DNA from: Fonticula alba ATCC 38817
Taxonomy: Eukaryota; Protista; Nucleariida
DNA length: 18,301 nucleotides
Assembly: GCA_000388065.2 (NCBI GenBank)
Contig: KB932206.1
Direction: 5' to 3' (one strand)
The notes under the pieces are model-generated. The model was not told the origin of the DNA. It saw only the letters and a list, made by a program, of their open reading frames with translations, and made no database searches. The position numbers and the translations under genes are program-made. Shown in pieces: positions 9,346-18,301 of the stretch (position 1 is its first letter; the number at the start of each line of letters is the position of its first letter).

Positions 9346-11692
9346 CTAGTTGGCGGCGAGGAGGGAAGGTGCGGGGCCCGCCCCGGCGGCCTTCCCCCCG
9401 GGAGTGATGGTGGTGGTAGTGGTGGTGGTGGTGGTGGTGGTATCAGCAGCGGCAACGGCCGACCGGTGAACCCGATGGATTTGCGCAAAGTACAGGCAGA
9501 GAGCCATGCACACCTCAAAGAGGAGCTCGGCGGCGGCGACGATGTACGTCAGCGGCGTGGTCAAACGCAGGGAGATGAAGATGTCCAGAGCCAGCAGGGG
9601 AAAGGAGAAGCTGTCGGCAAGGGTGATCGGGCATTCGACGATCTCGGCCGGGAAGAAGAAGAGCCGCGCCGGGGCGGGCTTCTGAGACGCCGGCGACAGC
9701 ATCGTGGAGGACGATGCCGACGGATCGGCCGCCAACGACTGGGAGGGACGCCGCGGCGGCAGGGCAACCAACGGAGCAGCTCCCGAGGCCGAGGCCGAGG
9801 CCGAGGCCGCGGGGGCCACCAGCAGCCGGGTCGCCGACGGGGCGCTGGCCGAGGTCACGGCCGCACGAGGCATGCCATGCCGACCCCGAGCCAGGAAGAG
9901 GACGATCGAGCCGACACTCTCCAGGAGCAGGGTGAAAAACACCAAAAACTGGGCCCACGGCGGCAAGGGCAAGGTACAGGCCAGGGCCAGGGACCCATCG
10001 GCCAACAGCGAGCCGGAAACCGAGGCGCCAAAGCGTCTGAGGAAGTACAGATGAATGACCGCCAGCAGCCTCAGGGGGAAGGACACCATGCGAAGAGACC
10101 GGATGGCTGGCCGCAGGGACCCGGAGAAGGTCGACCTGACCGCCAGCAGGCCGGCCGGCAGGAAACGCACGATCGGCCGCGGCGATGAGGGGGCGGCAGC
10201 CGTGGCAATCGAGGCGGCATGGCGGGTGATGGGGACGACGGGGGTGGGCATCCTTTCGGGGGCCTCCTCGTCGTGAGGCGGGCTGGTGATCACCGAGGCA
10301 GCGGCATCGGAAGAAGCCCCACCCGGCAGGACGGATGGACAGGCGGCCAGCACATCGGGGGTGTCGCCGCCATCGACAGGGGTGGCGGTGGCGATGGCGG
10401 TGGCAACAGCGCTGACAGCCACCACCGCCGGGGCAATGCCCGGTGCCTCGCCCGGTGCCTCGCCCGGGCACGGAGGCACGGCAAGTACTGCGACATCACG
10501 CGCCGGGGCACCGGGCATCAGGCTGCCCGCCGCCCGAGACGGGGAGGCAGCCATGGAGACACCGGCGGCCGGGGTCGGCGTCGGCAGGGAACCGGACAGC
10601 TCCTTGGCGGGGGGAGACGCGTGGCCGAGTGCCACGGTTGCTGCCATGGCGGCGCCCTGGTGTTCGACCGGGCGACGCGAGTGAAGCTGCTGATGCAGGA
10701 GATGCCGCTGCATCTTGGCCTGCCGGTGACTCAGGGGCGCATTGCAGGAGGCGGCAGGCGCCGAGATCGTGGCACTCGCTGGCATGCCCGGCGCCGGCGC
10801 CGAGGCAAAGAAGCCCGACCGGGGCGACACGGAGCTGCTGCTGCTGCTGCTGCTGCCGCCGCCGCCACCGCCGCCGCCGCCGCTGGCCAGGGGCGACAGC
10901 TGCGGCGGCGTCAGGCAGAACCCACGCGACGATCCGCCGACAAAAGTAAACCCATCGAGCGGGGAGGTGGTCGAATGGAGGGCCGCCGAGCTGCCAGGAG
11001 CGGCTGCTGCCCCGCCGCCGGAGGCAGCTCGATGGTCACTGGAGGCCACCGGGGAACCGGCCTCAGTCGCTGTCGAGGTGGTCGCCATTAATCCTGCCCC
11101 CGGGCCGCTTCCGTGGAGACGACGAAAAAGGGCATCAACCTGCTGCATGGAGGGCGAAGGGCCGCGAGCCTGCAGGTCCGGCGTCGGCGGCCCGGCCGAC
11201 GCAGGCGCCGCCGATGGGGACAGGGAATGCACCTTGCCGGCGGGCGAGGCCCCCTTGCCCGGCGGCTGGTCAGCCAGGTCCTTGCTGCCGGTGATGGCGC
11301 CACTGGCCGCCGCCAGGAGGGCCCCCTCCGCCGGGGGGAGGCGCTTGATGTACTGGTCAATCCCACTGACCAGCAGCTGCAGCGGGTCCGACATGTCCAG
11401 CGTCGCCGAGGCCGAGGCCGAAGCCGAAACCGAAGCCGAGGCGGTGGCCAGCCCCGCCAAGCCATCAGTCGCGGGTCCAGACGCCGCCATCGCCAGGGAA
11501 GTCGCAGAGCCGGGCCCGGAAGGGGGAGGCGAAGGAGGAGCCGGCGAGGCGGCCTCCCCCTCGGTGGGGCTTGTCAGCATGGTCGTCGGGCTGGTCATCA
11601 GGGAGGTGGGATCGGTGCGCGCCGGCGAGTCGATGGTCGTCGATGACAGGCCGGGGACCGAGTGAAGTGCACGGCCGGGAGCTACTTCGCCC

Positions 11693-11726
<34 letters not shown>

Positions 11727-13074
11727 AGAGGGTGATGATAGACGGAGAGAGGCAGAGGGTCAGCAAGTGAACATGGGGCACACACCCGGACGAAAAAAGA
11801 GCCGAAGGGAGGGGCACACGCACCGGTGCCAGCAGAGGAGGTGGCGACCGAAGGGCTGTCCATTTGCGCCATGACAACGTCCTCGGTGTCGCGGCTGGAG
11901 ATCAACGACAGCAAATACTGGAGGTTGCGGATATTCTGCCCGGAAGGGGAGGCGGAAGAGGTGCCTGGCTGCTGGGGGGCGGCAGCCGGGGACTCATCGG
12001 TCGAAGCAGCGCCAAACATGAGCTGGCCGCCAATGTGCGGGGGCCCGGCGGAGTCAGCGCGCAAAGCCGGCACCGGAGCCGGCGACGACCCGACTGGAGT
12101 GGGGACAGTGCCGGCCGGGGTCGAGGCCGGGGCCAGAGTCCGGAGGATGTCCTGGAACTTGTCCGGCGTCAGGGTCCCGGTGCTGAGGGAGTTCGAGAGG
12201 CTCGACAGCTGCGAGCGAATGCTCATATTGGTGGGGGTGTTGCTGTTGCCGCCGCCGGTGCCGGATGTAGCCGGGCCCGGAGCCGAGCCGCTGGCATTGG
12301 TGGTGGCAAAGGAAAACTGGTCCGGCGAGGGGTCCACCACCATGCGGGACGGCTGGACCGATGGCGACAGTTCGACCGGGAGGCCTGCTGCCAGGACAAC
12401 ACCGGCCCCGGGCCGATGATCGACACCCGATCGAGTGGCAGGACCGGCGAAGGAGGCCCCCTGAGCCGGGCTGCCCTGCTGCTGAGCCTGCTGCTGAGCC
12501 TGCTGCTGAGCCTGCTGGAGAAGTTGCAACGCCTGGATGCTGTCCAGGGGGATCTGCTGGCCGCCGACGTTCAGGGAGGGGCCCATAGCAAGACCGAGCC
12601 CGGGCGGGACAGTCGTCATCCCCCGGGCCAGGGACTCGATGGACATCTTGGTGGCTGACAGAGGATCCGCCTGAGGAGCCTGCATGCCGAGGAGCCCAGA
12701 CGACCCCGTGTAGGGAGACATGCCACCGCCATTGCCGGCGCCAGTGCCGCTGGCGCTACCGACACCATTGCCCGTGCCGGTGGAGCTGATGCTCCCCTGG
12801 TTGATGGTGAAAGTGGCCGACGGAGTGTTGGCCAGGAAGCCGGACTTCAAGGCCGACAGCGAGTCGACCTGCCCCCGCCCGGCCTGCTGCAACAGAGCAT
12901 GCTGCTGCTGCTGCTGGGGCTGACTTAGAAAGGGCTGTCCTCCGGACATTGAGGGCAGAAGTTGGCTAAAGGGCAGCAGCTGAGCGGGATCAGTTGCCGT
13001 CGCGGCCGGCGTTGGCAAGGTCCCCGGTGCCTGGACTCCAGCTTGAAGACGGTCGTTGAGCTGCTGCTGGACCG

Positions 13075-13109
<35 letters not shown>

Positions 13110-14176
13110 GGGGGAGGTGGAGTACATGTGGAAGTGTCAGGAGGGCGCGTGGCTCAATGGTGGGTGGGTGCATGGGAGGGGTGGAGGAAGGGCAGCTCCA
13201 GATGTCGACAAATGGATTGGAGAGGAGGAGAAGGAGGAGAAGGAGGAGGAGAAGGAGGAGGAGAAGGAGGAGGAGAAGGAGGAGGAGGAGGAGGAGGAGG
13301 AGGAAGAGAGGGGAGGCCGTACCAAGCTCGACAGGAGGTTTGTGTTGCCATTGGCCGTGGCCGAGGAGGAGTCGCCCACGCCCAGACGAAGCGCCGCGGA
13401 CACAATCTCCTGAAGGGTGGCCTGCAGCTGCGGCGACAGCGGCTCGGCGGTGGTATTGCCCGAGTGACTGTCAATGGCCTGGGCCAGCGCCCGGAGTGAA
13501 GAAGAAAGATCCTGGTGCGAGGATCCGCCGCCTGCGCATGGCCGTTTCAGGCATGCCAGTCAGTAAAGAAAGCAAACAAAGCAGAGGGAGGCGAGGGGGG
13601 GGAGGGGGGGGGGGGGCCAAGCCAGGGGACGGCAGAAGTGGAAGAGGGGCGGCATTCGTACCAAATGCAGGGCTAGACTCGGTTGGCAGGCCGGTCTTGG
13701 ACACGGGAAGCCCAGTCGAGGCCGCCCCGGGGGTCCCCTGGCCCAGATCGGTTGACAGGGCATGTTGCTGGAAGGAATTATGCACATCGGGCCGGGGGAG
13801 AGTCACGGTGGCCAGAGATGGCAGATTGCCATTGGCGGCCGAGGCGGTGGAGAGGATGTCCATCGATAGATGCTGTCCAAGACCAACCGAGTCGTGGCGG
13901 TCATTGGACGCCGGGAGCTGGGCCTGCTGCTGCTGCTGCTGCTGGGCTTGGAGCTGCTGCTGCTGCTGGGCTTGGAGCTGCTGCTGCTGCTGGGCCTGGA
14001 GCTGCTGCTGAAGCTGCTGGGCCTGGAGCTGCTGGAGCTGCTGCTGGAGCTGCTGCTGGAGCTGGGCCTGCTGCTGCTGGGTCGATTGGGAGGGAGATGC
14101 ATGGAAGGCAGTGCCGGCCATCGGGCTGGTCTGAAGCTGCTGCTGCTGCTGCTGTTGTTGTTGTTGCTGCTGCTGC

Positions 14177-14235
<59 letters not shown>

Positions 14236-14281
14236 AGCAAGTTGCTGAAGGAGAAGCTGCTGCTGCTGCTGCATTAGAAGT

Positions 14282-14347
<66 letters not shown>

Positions 14348-14368
14348 GGCTGCTGCTGCTGCTGCTGG

Positions 14369-14401
<33 letters not shown>

Positions 14402-14404
14402 GAC

Positions 14405-14453
<49 letters not shown>

Positions 14454-15656
14454 GCTGCTGTTGAGCCTGAAGGTGCTGCTGGACCTTCTGCTGGTGCAGT
14501 TGGGCCTGCTGATGCTGCGCCTGCTGCCGCTGAGCCTGCTTCTGAACCTGCTGCTGGAGCCGCACGAGGAGATGGGAAGTGTTCTTCATCAGCGGCGATC
14601 CCTGCGTAGGTAGGGCGAGCATGGGCGAGATGCCGGTTCGGGAGAAGTCGGTGGCGGCCGCAGCGGCAGCCGCCGCCGCCGCCGCCGCAGCCGCCTGCGG
14701 CAGATCCTGCAGAGGAGTGCCCGACCCCGAGGCATTGAGGTGTGCGGAGGAGGCCAGCAATGAGGCAAAGATCGCCGACGCGTGATTGACCGGCATCGAG
14801 GCGCTCAGCGTTCCCGGCGGAACCGGGACGGAGATGCTGCGCGATGAGCGTGCCGCAGCGGACATCATCCGGTTGGCCTTCATGGCGCCAGGGTAGCGCG
14901 GAGGCGTGAAGGCCGCGGTGCCGGCTGGCCGAAGCGCAACAGGAGCCCCCCGCCGAGAAGAGGGAAGGGTGAGTTGTGTTGGCATTACCGCCTTCAGGGG
15001 GAAAGGGGCGAGAGGAGAAAGATCGGGATGCGAGGCACGGAGCAGCGAAACATACAGGAACCAAGGTTGCCGCCGGCGCCGGCGCCGGAGGACGCCGAGG
15101 AGGAAGCCGCGGCCGAGGAGGTGGTGGAGGCACCACTGCCGATGACATTGGCCAGGGCCGTGTCACCGGACACAAGGGCCAGGTCGGTCACCTGGCCCGG
15201 GTCGGTCCAGGAGCCGTGATGGTTCTTCTTGCGGAAGTGCATGAGCAGGGCCTGGCGACGGCTGACGCGCGCACCACAGGCATTGCACTGGTAACGCTTG
15301 TAGTGGTGGTGCCGGACCATGTGAGACTCGTACTTGTAGAAGGAGTCGAAGCTCTCATTGCACAATAGCCCGGACGAGGGCTCGACCCACTGCGAGTGGA
15401 CAGGGAACAACCGGTCGTGAGGTCAGACTGAGAGGCGCGCGGGAGGCCGGGGCAGGGAGCATCGAGGAAGGGGGGAAGGGGGGAGGGGGGGGGGGGACGC
15501 ACATAGCAGACCTTGACACCGCGACCGCGCTGGAAAATGTCGTGCTGGAGCGTCATATGGCGAAAAAGCTGGCCAGCAGAAAAAGGGGGGGGGGAGGGGA
15601 ACAACAACGAGGGGGCGCGGTCAGAGGACGTGGACGTGATATATGGCCCGGGGCGG

Positions 15657-15695
<39 letters not shown>

Positions 15696-15968
15696 CCATA
15701 CCTCGAAGGACGAAGGGAAGGACACGCCGCAGGGCGAGGGGATGATGGGTTTGGCGTCGGTCGAGGTGTCGTCCTCGGTCGACTGGTCGGCCGACTGCGA
15801 GAAGGAATGCATATAGCACACATGGTTCGACGCGAAGGAGGAGTGCGGCTGCGGGGACTGCGAGGGCGAAGACTGGGGCGAGGTCGAGGGCTGGCCGCTG
15901 CCCGAGGCGGGGGACAGGACACTTGGCCGGCCGGCTCGTGGCGAGAAGGCCGACTCCACAGGGAGGCT
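9346..15968 (-). CDS. large C2H2 zinc-finger protein with polyQ/low-complexity region and C-terminal hydrophobic (putative transmembrane) helices; 5'-partial
   Basis: Exons (minus) >=15968-15702, 15568-15503, 15389-15056, 14924-13662, 13531-13323, 13105-11824, 11681-9346 (TAG); phases 0/0/1/1/0/1 compatible, no stops, at least 1918 aa. Fingers: C-x28-C-x12-H-x4-H, C-x10-C-x12-H-x3-H, C-x2-C-x12-H-x5-H. The start lies in or beyond gap 15970-16715. Confidence 0.75.
9405..9441 (-). repeat. (ACC)n coding repeat, poly-Thr near the C-terminus of gene 4
   Basis: + strand (GGT)n run; translates as DTTTTTTTTTTIT. Confidence 0.85.
9481..10089 (-). other. four hydrophobic helices (putative membrane domain) of gene 4
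   Basis: Segments 10089-10039 (MVSFPLRLLAVIHLYFL), 9960-9886 (PWAQFLVFFTLLLESVGSIVLFLAR), 9609-9562 (FSFPLLALDIFISLRL), 9555-9481 (PLTYIVAAAELLFEVCMALCLYFAQ), judged by eye; no predictor was run. Confidence 0.6.
11693..11717 (+). repeat. (GA)n microsatellite, i.e. the (CT)n pyrimidine tract of gene 4 last intron
   Basis: Read directly; sits just before the acceptor at 11682-11687 in minus sense. Confidence 0.9.
13076..13108 (-). repeat. (CAG)11 spanning an intron/exon boundary of gene 4
   Basis: + strand (CTG)11; the first CAG is the splice acceptor and the rest encode Q10. Confidence 0.85.
13221..13310 (+). repeat. intronic polypurine GAG/AAG repeat (12-nt period, then (GAG)n)
   Basis: Read directly; inside intron 13322-13106. 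Confidence 0.9.
13922..14556 (-). repeat. CAG/CAA polyglutamine-coding region, including an uninterrupted Q33 (14235-14137) and about three 24-nt LQAQQQQQ units (~13942-14013)
   Basis: + strand CTG/TTG runs, in frame with exon 14924-13662. Confidence 0.93.
15219..15811 (-). other. three-finger C2H2 domain of gene 4, split by two phase-0 introns
   Basis: Spliced peptide HVCYMH...PSPCGVSFPSSFE|LFRHMTLQH...KVCY|WVEPSSGLLCNESFDSFYKYESHMVRH..YQCNACGARVSRRQALLMHFRKKNH. The 12-residue Cys-to-His spacing in fingers 1 and 2 is only restored by the proposed splices. Boundaries approximate. Confidence 0.82.
15661..15693 (+). repeat. (CAG)11 on +, i.e. intronic (CUG)11 in gene 4 pre-mRNA
   Basis: Read directly; begins a few nt after the donor at 15701. 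Confidence 0.92.
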
Positions 15969-15969
15969 G

Positions 15970-16715
15970 NNNNNNNNNNNNNNNNNNNNNNNNNNNNNNN
16001 NNNNNNNNNNNNNNNNNNNNNNNNNNNNNNNNNNNNNNNNNNNNNNNNNNNNNNNNNNNNNNNNNNNNNNNNNNNNNNNNNNNNNNNNNNNNNNNNNNNN
16101 NNNNNNNNNNNNNNNNNNNNNNNNNNNNNNNNNNNNNNNNNNNNNNNNNNNNNNNNNNNNNNNNNNNNNNNNNNNNNNNNNNNNNNNNNNNNNNNNNNNN
16201 NNNNNNNNNNNNNNNNNNNNNNNNNNNNNNNNNNNNNNNNNNNNNNNNNNNNNNNNNNNNNNNNNNNNNNNNNNNNNNNNNNNNNNNNNNNNNNNNNNNN
16301 NNNNNNNNNNNNNNNNNNNNNNNNNNNNNNNNNNNNNNNNNNNNNNNNNNNNNNNNNNNNNNNNNNNNNNNNNNNNNNNNNNNNNNNNNNNNNNNNNNNN
16401 NNNNNNNNNNNNNNNNNNNNNNNNNNNNNNNNNNNNNNNNNNNNNNNNNNNNNNNNNNNNNNNNNNNNNNNNNNNNNNNNNNNNNNNNNNNNNNNNNNNN
16501 NNNNNNNNNNNNNNNNNNNNNNNNNNNNNNNNNNNNNNNNNNNNNNNNNNNNNNNNNNNNNNNNNNNNNNNNNNNNNNNNNNNNNNNNNNNNNNNNNNNN
16601 NNNNNNNNNNNNNNNNNNNNNNNNNNNNNNNNNNNNNNNNNNNNNNNNNNNNNNNNNNNNNNNNNNNNNNNNNNNNNNNNNNNNNNNNNNNNNNNNNNNN
16701 NNNNNNNNNNNNNNN
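15970..16715. other. assembly gap hiding the 5' part of gene 4
   Basis: Run of N; the coding frame is open up to the gap edge. Confidence 0.95.
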
Positions 16716-16879
16716 TTCGTTCGCCTGTGGGCCAGGCCTCCGCCCCCCCCCCCCCGCTCTCCCGCTCTCCCCGCTTGGCCCGCACCTCCAGGCGCGGCCG
16801 CCCCGTCCGTGTGAGGGCAGGGGAAGCCGGGGGAGTGCCTCGCCACTCTTGCGCCCGGTCGGCCCGGCGGCTGGCATGC

Positions 16880-16880
16880 T

Positions 16881-16915
<35 letters not shown>
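16880..16915 (+). repeat. (GCTG)n tetranucleotide repeat
   Basis: Read directly: gctggctggctggctg... Confidence 0.9.
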
Positions 16916-16918
<3 letters not shown>

Positions 16919-17836
16919 TGGACCGGGGAGTCTGACCCGGAAGGGGGAGGGGGGCTTGCCATTTCCTGCGGTCGGTTCCCAACCCCCTGCCCAACACCCC
17001 CCAACCAAGGTTGCCAGCCGGGCCGTCCCAGCCCGGGCGCTCGCCGCCCCCCCGGGCCGCATCCGGGCAAGCAGGCCAACCAGCCCACTCAGGAAGGGCA
17101 GAGGGAAGCCGCGCCCGGCAGGGCTGGCACACCACCCCGTGTGCACCTGACGGAGCAAGTGAGGGAGCGGGGGGGGGTGTTGGCCCGGGCGAAATCGCCG
17201 CGCCCCGGCGCCCGGGGGCCGCATCGAGGCGATGGGGGGTGGGCGCACGGCCATCGAAGCGCGCCGCCCCGCCCGGGCTGGGCGTTTCCTCACCCGCCTG
17301 GCCGGACTCGGAGCCTGCCGGTCCCCCGGGTGGCCTGAGGTGTCGAATCATATTGGAAGATGAAACAACATCCCTCATAGGCGCAGGGGCCCTCTGCGGG
17401 CGGACGCGCGCGCGCGCTCGCGCCCACCTGAGAGCCCTCCTTGGGCGGAAGAGGATGGTGGATTTCCCGGTCCCCTGCCCATCACCCAACCCGGTCGGGG
17501 TCGGCGTGAGCGCGAGCGATGGGGCGCCGCGCCGGGGGGGGGGGGGAGAGGCGGGCGCGGAACGCGGGAAACGCGGGAAGGCCCGGCCGCCGGCGCCGGC
17601 GGTCTAGGGCCGGGCGCGCCTCCGGCGCCGGCGCCCCGGGCACTGACCTCCCAACACACAGGGGCCCACGCTCGGCGGGGGGGGGGGGAGGGCATTTTTG
17701 TGTGCCTCCTCCCGGGGTGTTTCCTCCATCGGCCGCCGGTCGCCATTGACCCGGCGCCTCGGCCGCCGGAGGGCCGCCAATGGGCCAGCACAAATGCGTC
17801 CAGACCGCGCGCGCGCGCCTGGGCTCCAGAATACTG

Positions 17837-17978
17837 GGAAAGGGCCTTCCGACGAATTAATAAGACCCTGCCCTCGCGGGCTCCCGGTCCCCCCCCCCCC
17901 CGTTGCGGAAAGGGCCTTCCGACGAATTAATAAGACCCTGCCCTCGCGGGCTCCCGGTCCCCCCCCCCCCCGTTGCGG
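17837..17978 (+). repeat. exact 70-bp tandem duplication (2 copies)
   Basis: GGAAAGGGCCTTCCGACGAATTAATAAGACCCTGCCCTCGCGGGCTCCCGGT-C13-GTTGC at 17837-17906 and 17907-17976, followed by GG. Confidence 0.92.
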
Positions 17979-18264
17979 TTGCCGCGCCGCTGCCGCCGGC
18001 TCCACACCCTACCAGCGGCGAGCCCAAGCGGGGGGGGGGGACGAGGGGTACACGCCGTGAGCCAAGCCAGCGGAGAGCCCAGCCCCGCCCCCGTCCGCTC
18101 CGGGGGGCCCAATATCCTGCAAATGAGCGAGCCGTGAGGGCAGCTGGGGTCTTTCTCGCGCCCGCCGCCCTTCCCGAGCCCGGGGCGCAGCCATTGGCCG
18201 GTGGCGCGCCGGCGCGGACCGGGAGCCCGTGAAAAAGGCGGCCGCGGGCCTGCGCCAGCCGCGC

Positions 18265-18267
<3 letters not shown>

Positions 18268-18301
<34 letters not shown>
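18268..18301 (+). repeat. poly-C run at window end
   Basis: Read directly. Confidence 0.9.

Noticed and set aside
9466-12658. Overlapping plus-strand ORFs opposite gene 4, and poly-Leu/poly-Ala ORFs at 13683-14613
   Set aside because: Stop-poor antisense or alternative frames of GC-rich and CAG-repeat coding sequence.
15428-15430. Upstream CAG acceptor for the finger 2/3 exon
   Set aside because: It gives the wrong frame and lies before the CTGAC branch motif; the acceptor at 15392-15390 restores the finger.
16716-17489. N-terminal extension of gene 4 via ORF 15621-17489
   Set aside because: Frame continuity across a 746-N gap of estimated size is meaningless, and the translation is Arg/Gly/Pro-rich GC noise containing a tetranucleotide repeat. 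The start cannot be placed.
17837-17978. CRISPR array or transposon terminal repeat
   Set aside because: Two abutting copies with no spacers, no cas or transposase ORF, and a eukaryotic context.
1-18301. Functional gene cluster (PP2C + eIF2B + TORC2 subunit + transcription factor as one stress-signalling unit); also tRNA/rRNA genes
   Set aside because: Thematic similarity alone is weak in a gene-dense eukaryotic genome without synteny or co-expression data. No tRNA or rRNA signatures were seen.

Overview
GC-rich eukaryotic genomic scaffold with five N-gaps (876-1664, 2991-3000, 5859-6348, 6938-7039, 15970-16715), short C-rich spliceosomal introns and many microsatellites. Manual splicing gives four protein-coding genes: (1) + strand PP2C/PPM Ser/Thr phosphatase, 5'-partial, 88-3406; (2) - strand eIF2B beta subunit, 4153-5846, first exon apparently in a gap; (3) + strand ankyrin-repeat protein resembling the fungal TORC2 subunit Avo2, 7075-8755, 364 aa; (4) - strand gene 9346-15968, 5'-partial, at least 1918 aa, joining three C2H2 zinc fingers, a long polyQ/low-complexity region and four C-terminal hydrophobic helices, i.e. 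a candidate membrane-tethered transcription factor. Most long ORFs in the supplied track are antisense shadows or run through Ns. The CTGAC branch points and the Avo2-like gene suggest a fungus-related opisthokont; a Fonticula-like protist is my guess, not a demonstrated assignment. No RNA genes, CRISPR arrays or mobile elements are supported. All gene models are hand-built from splice signals and reading-frame continuity, without transcript evidence.
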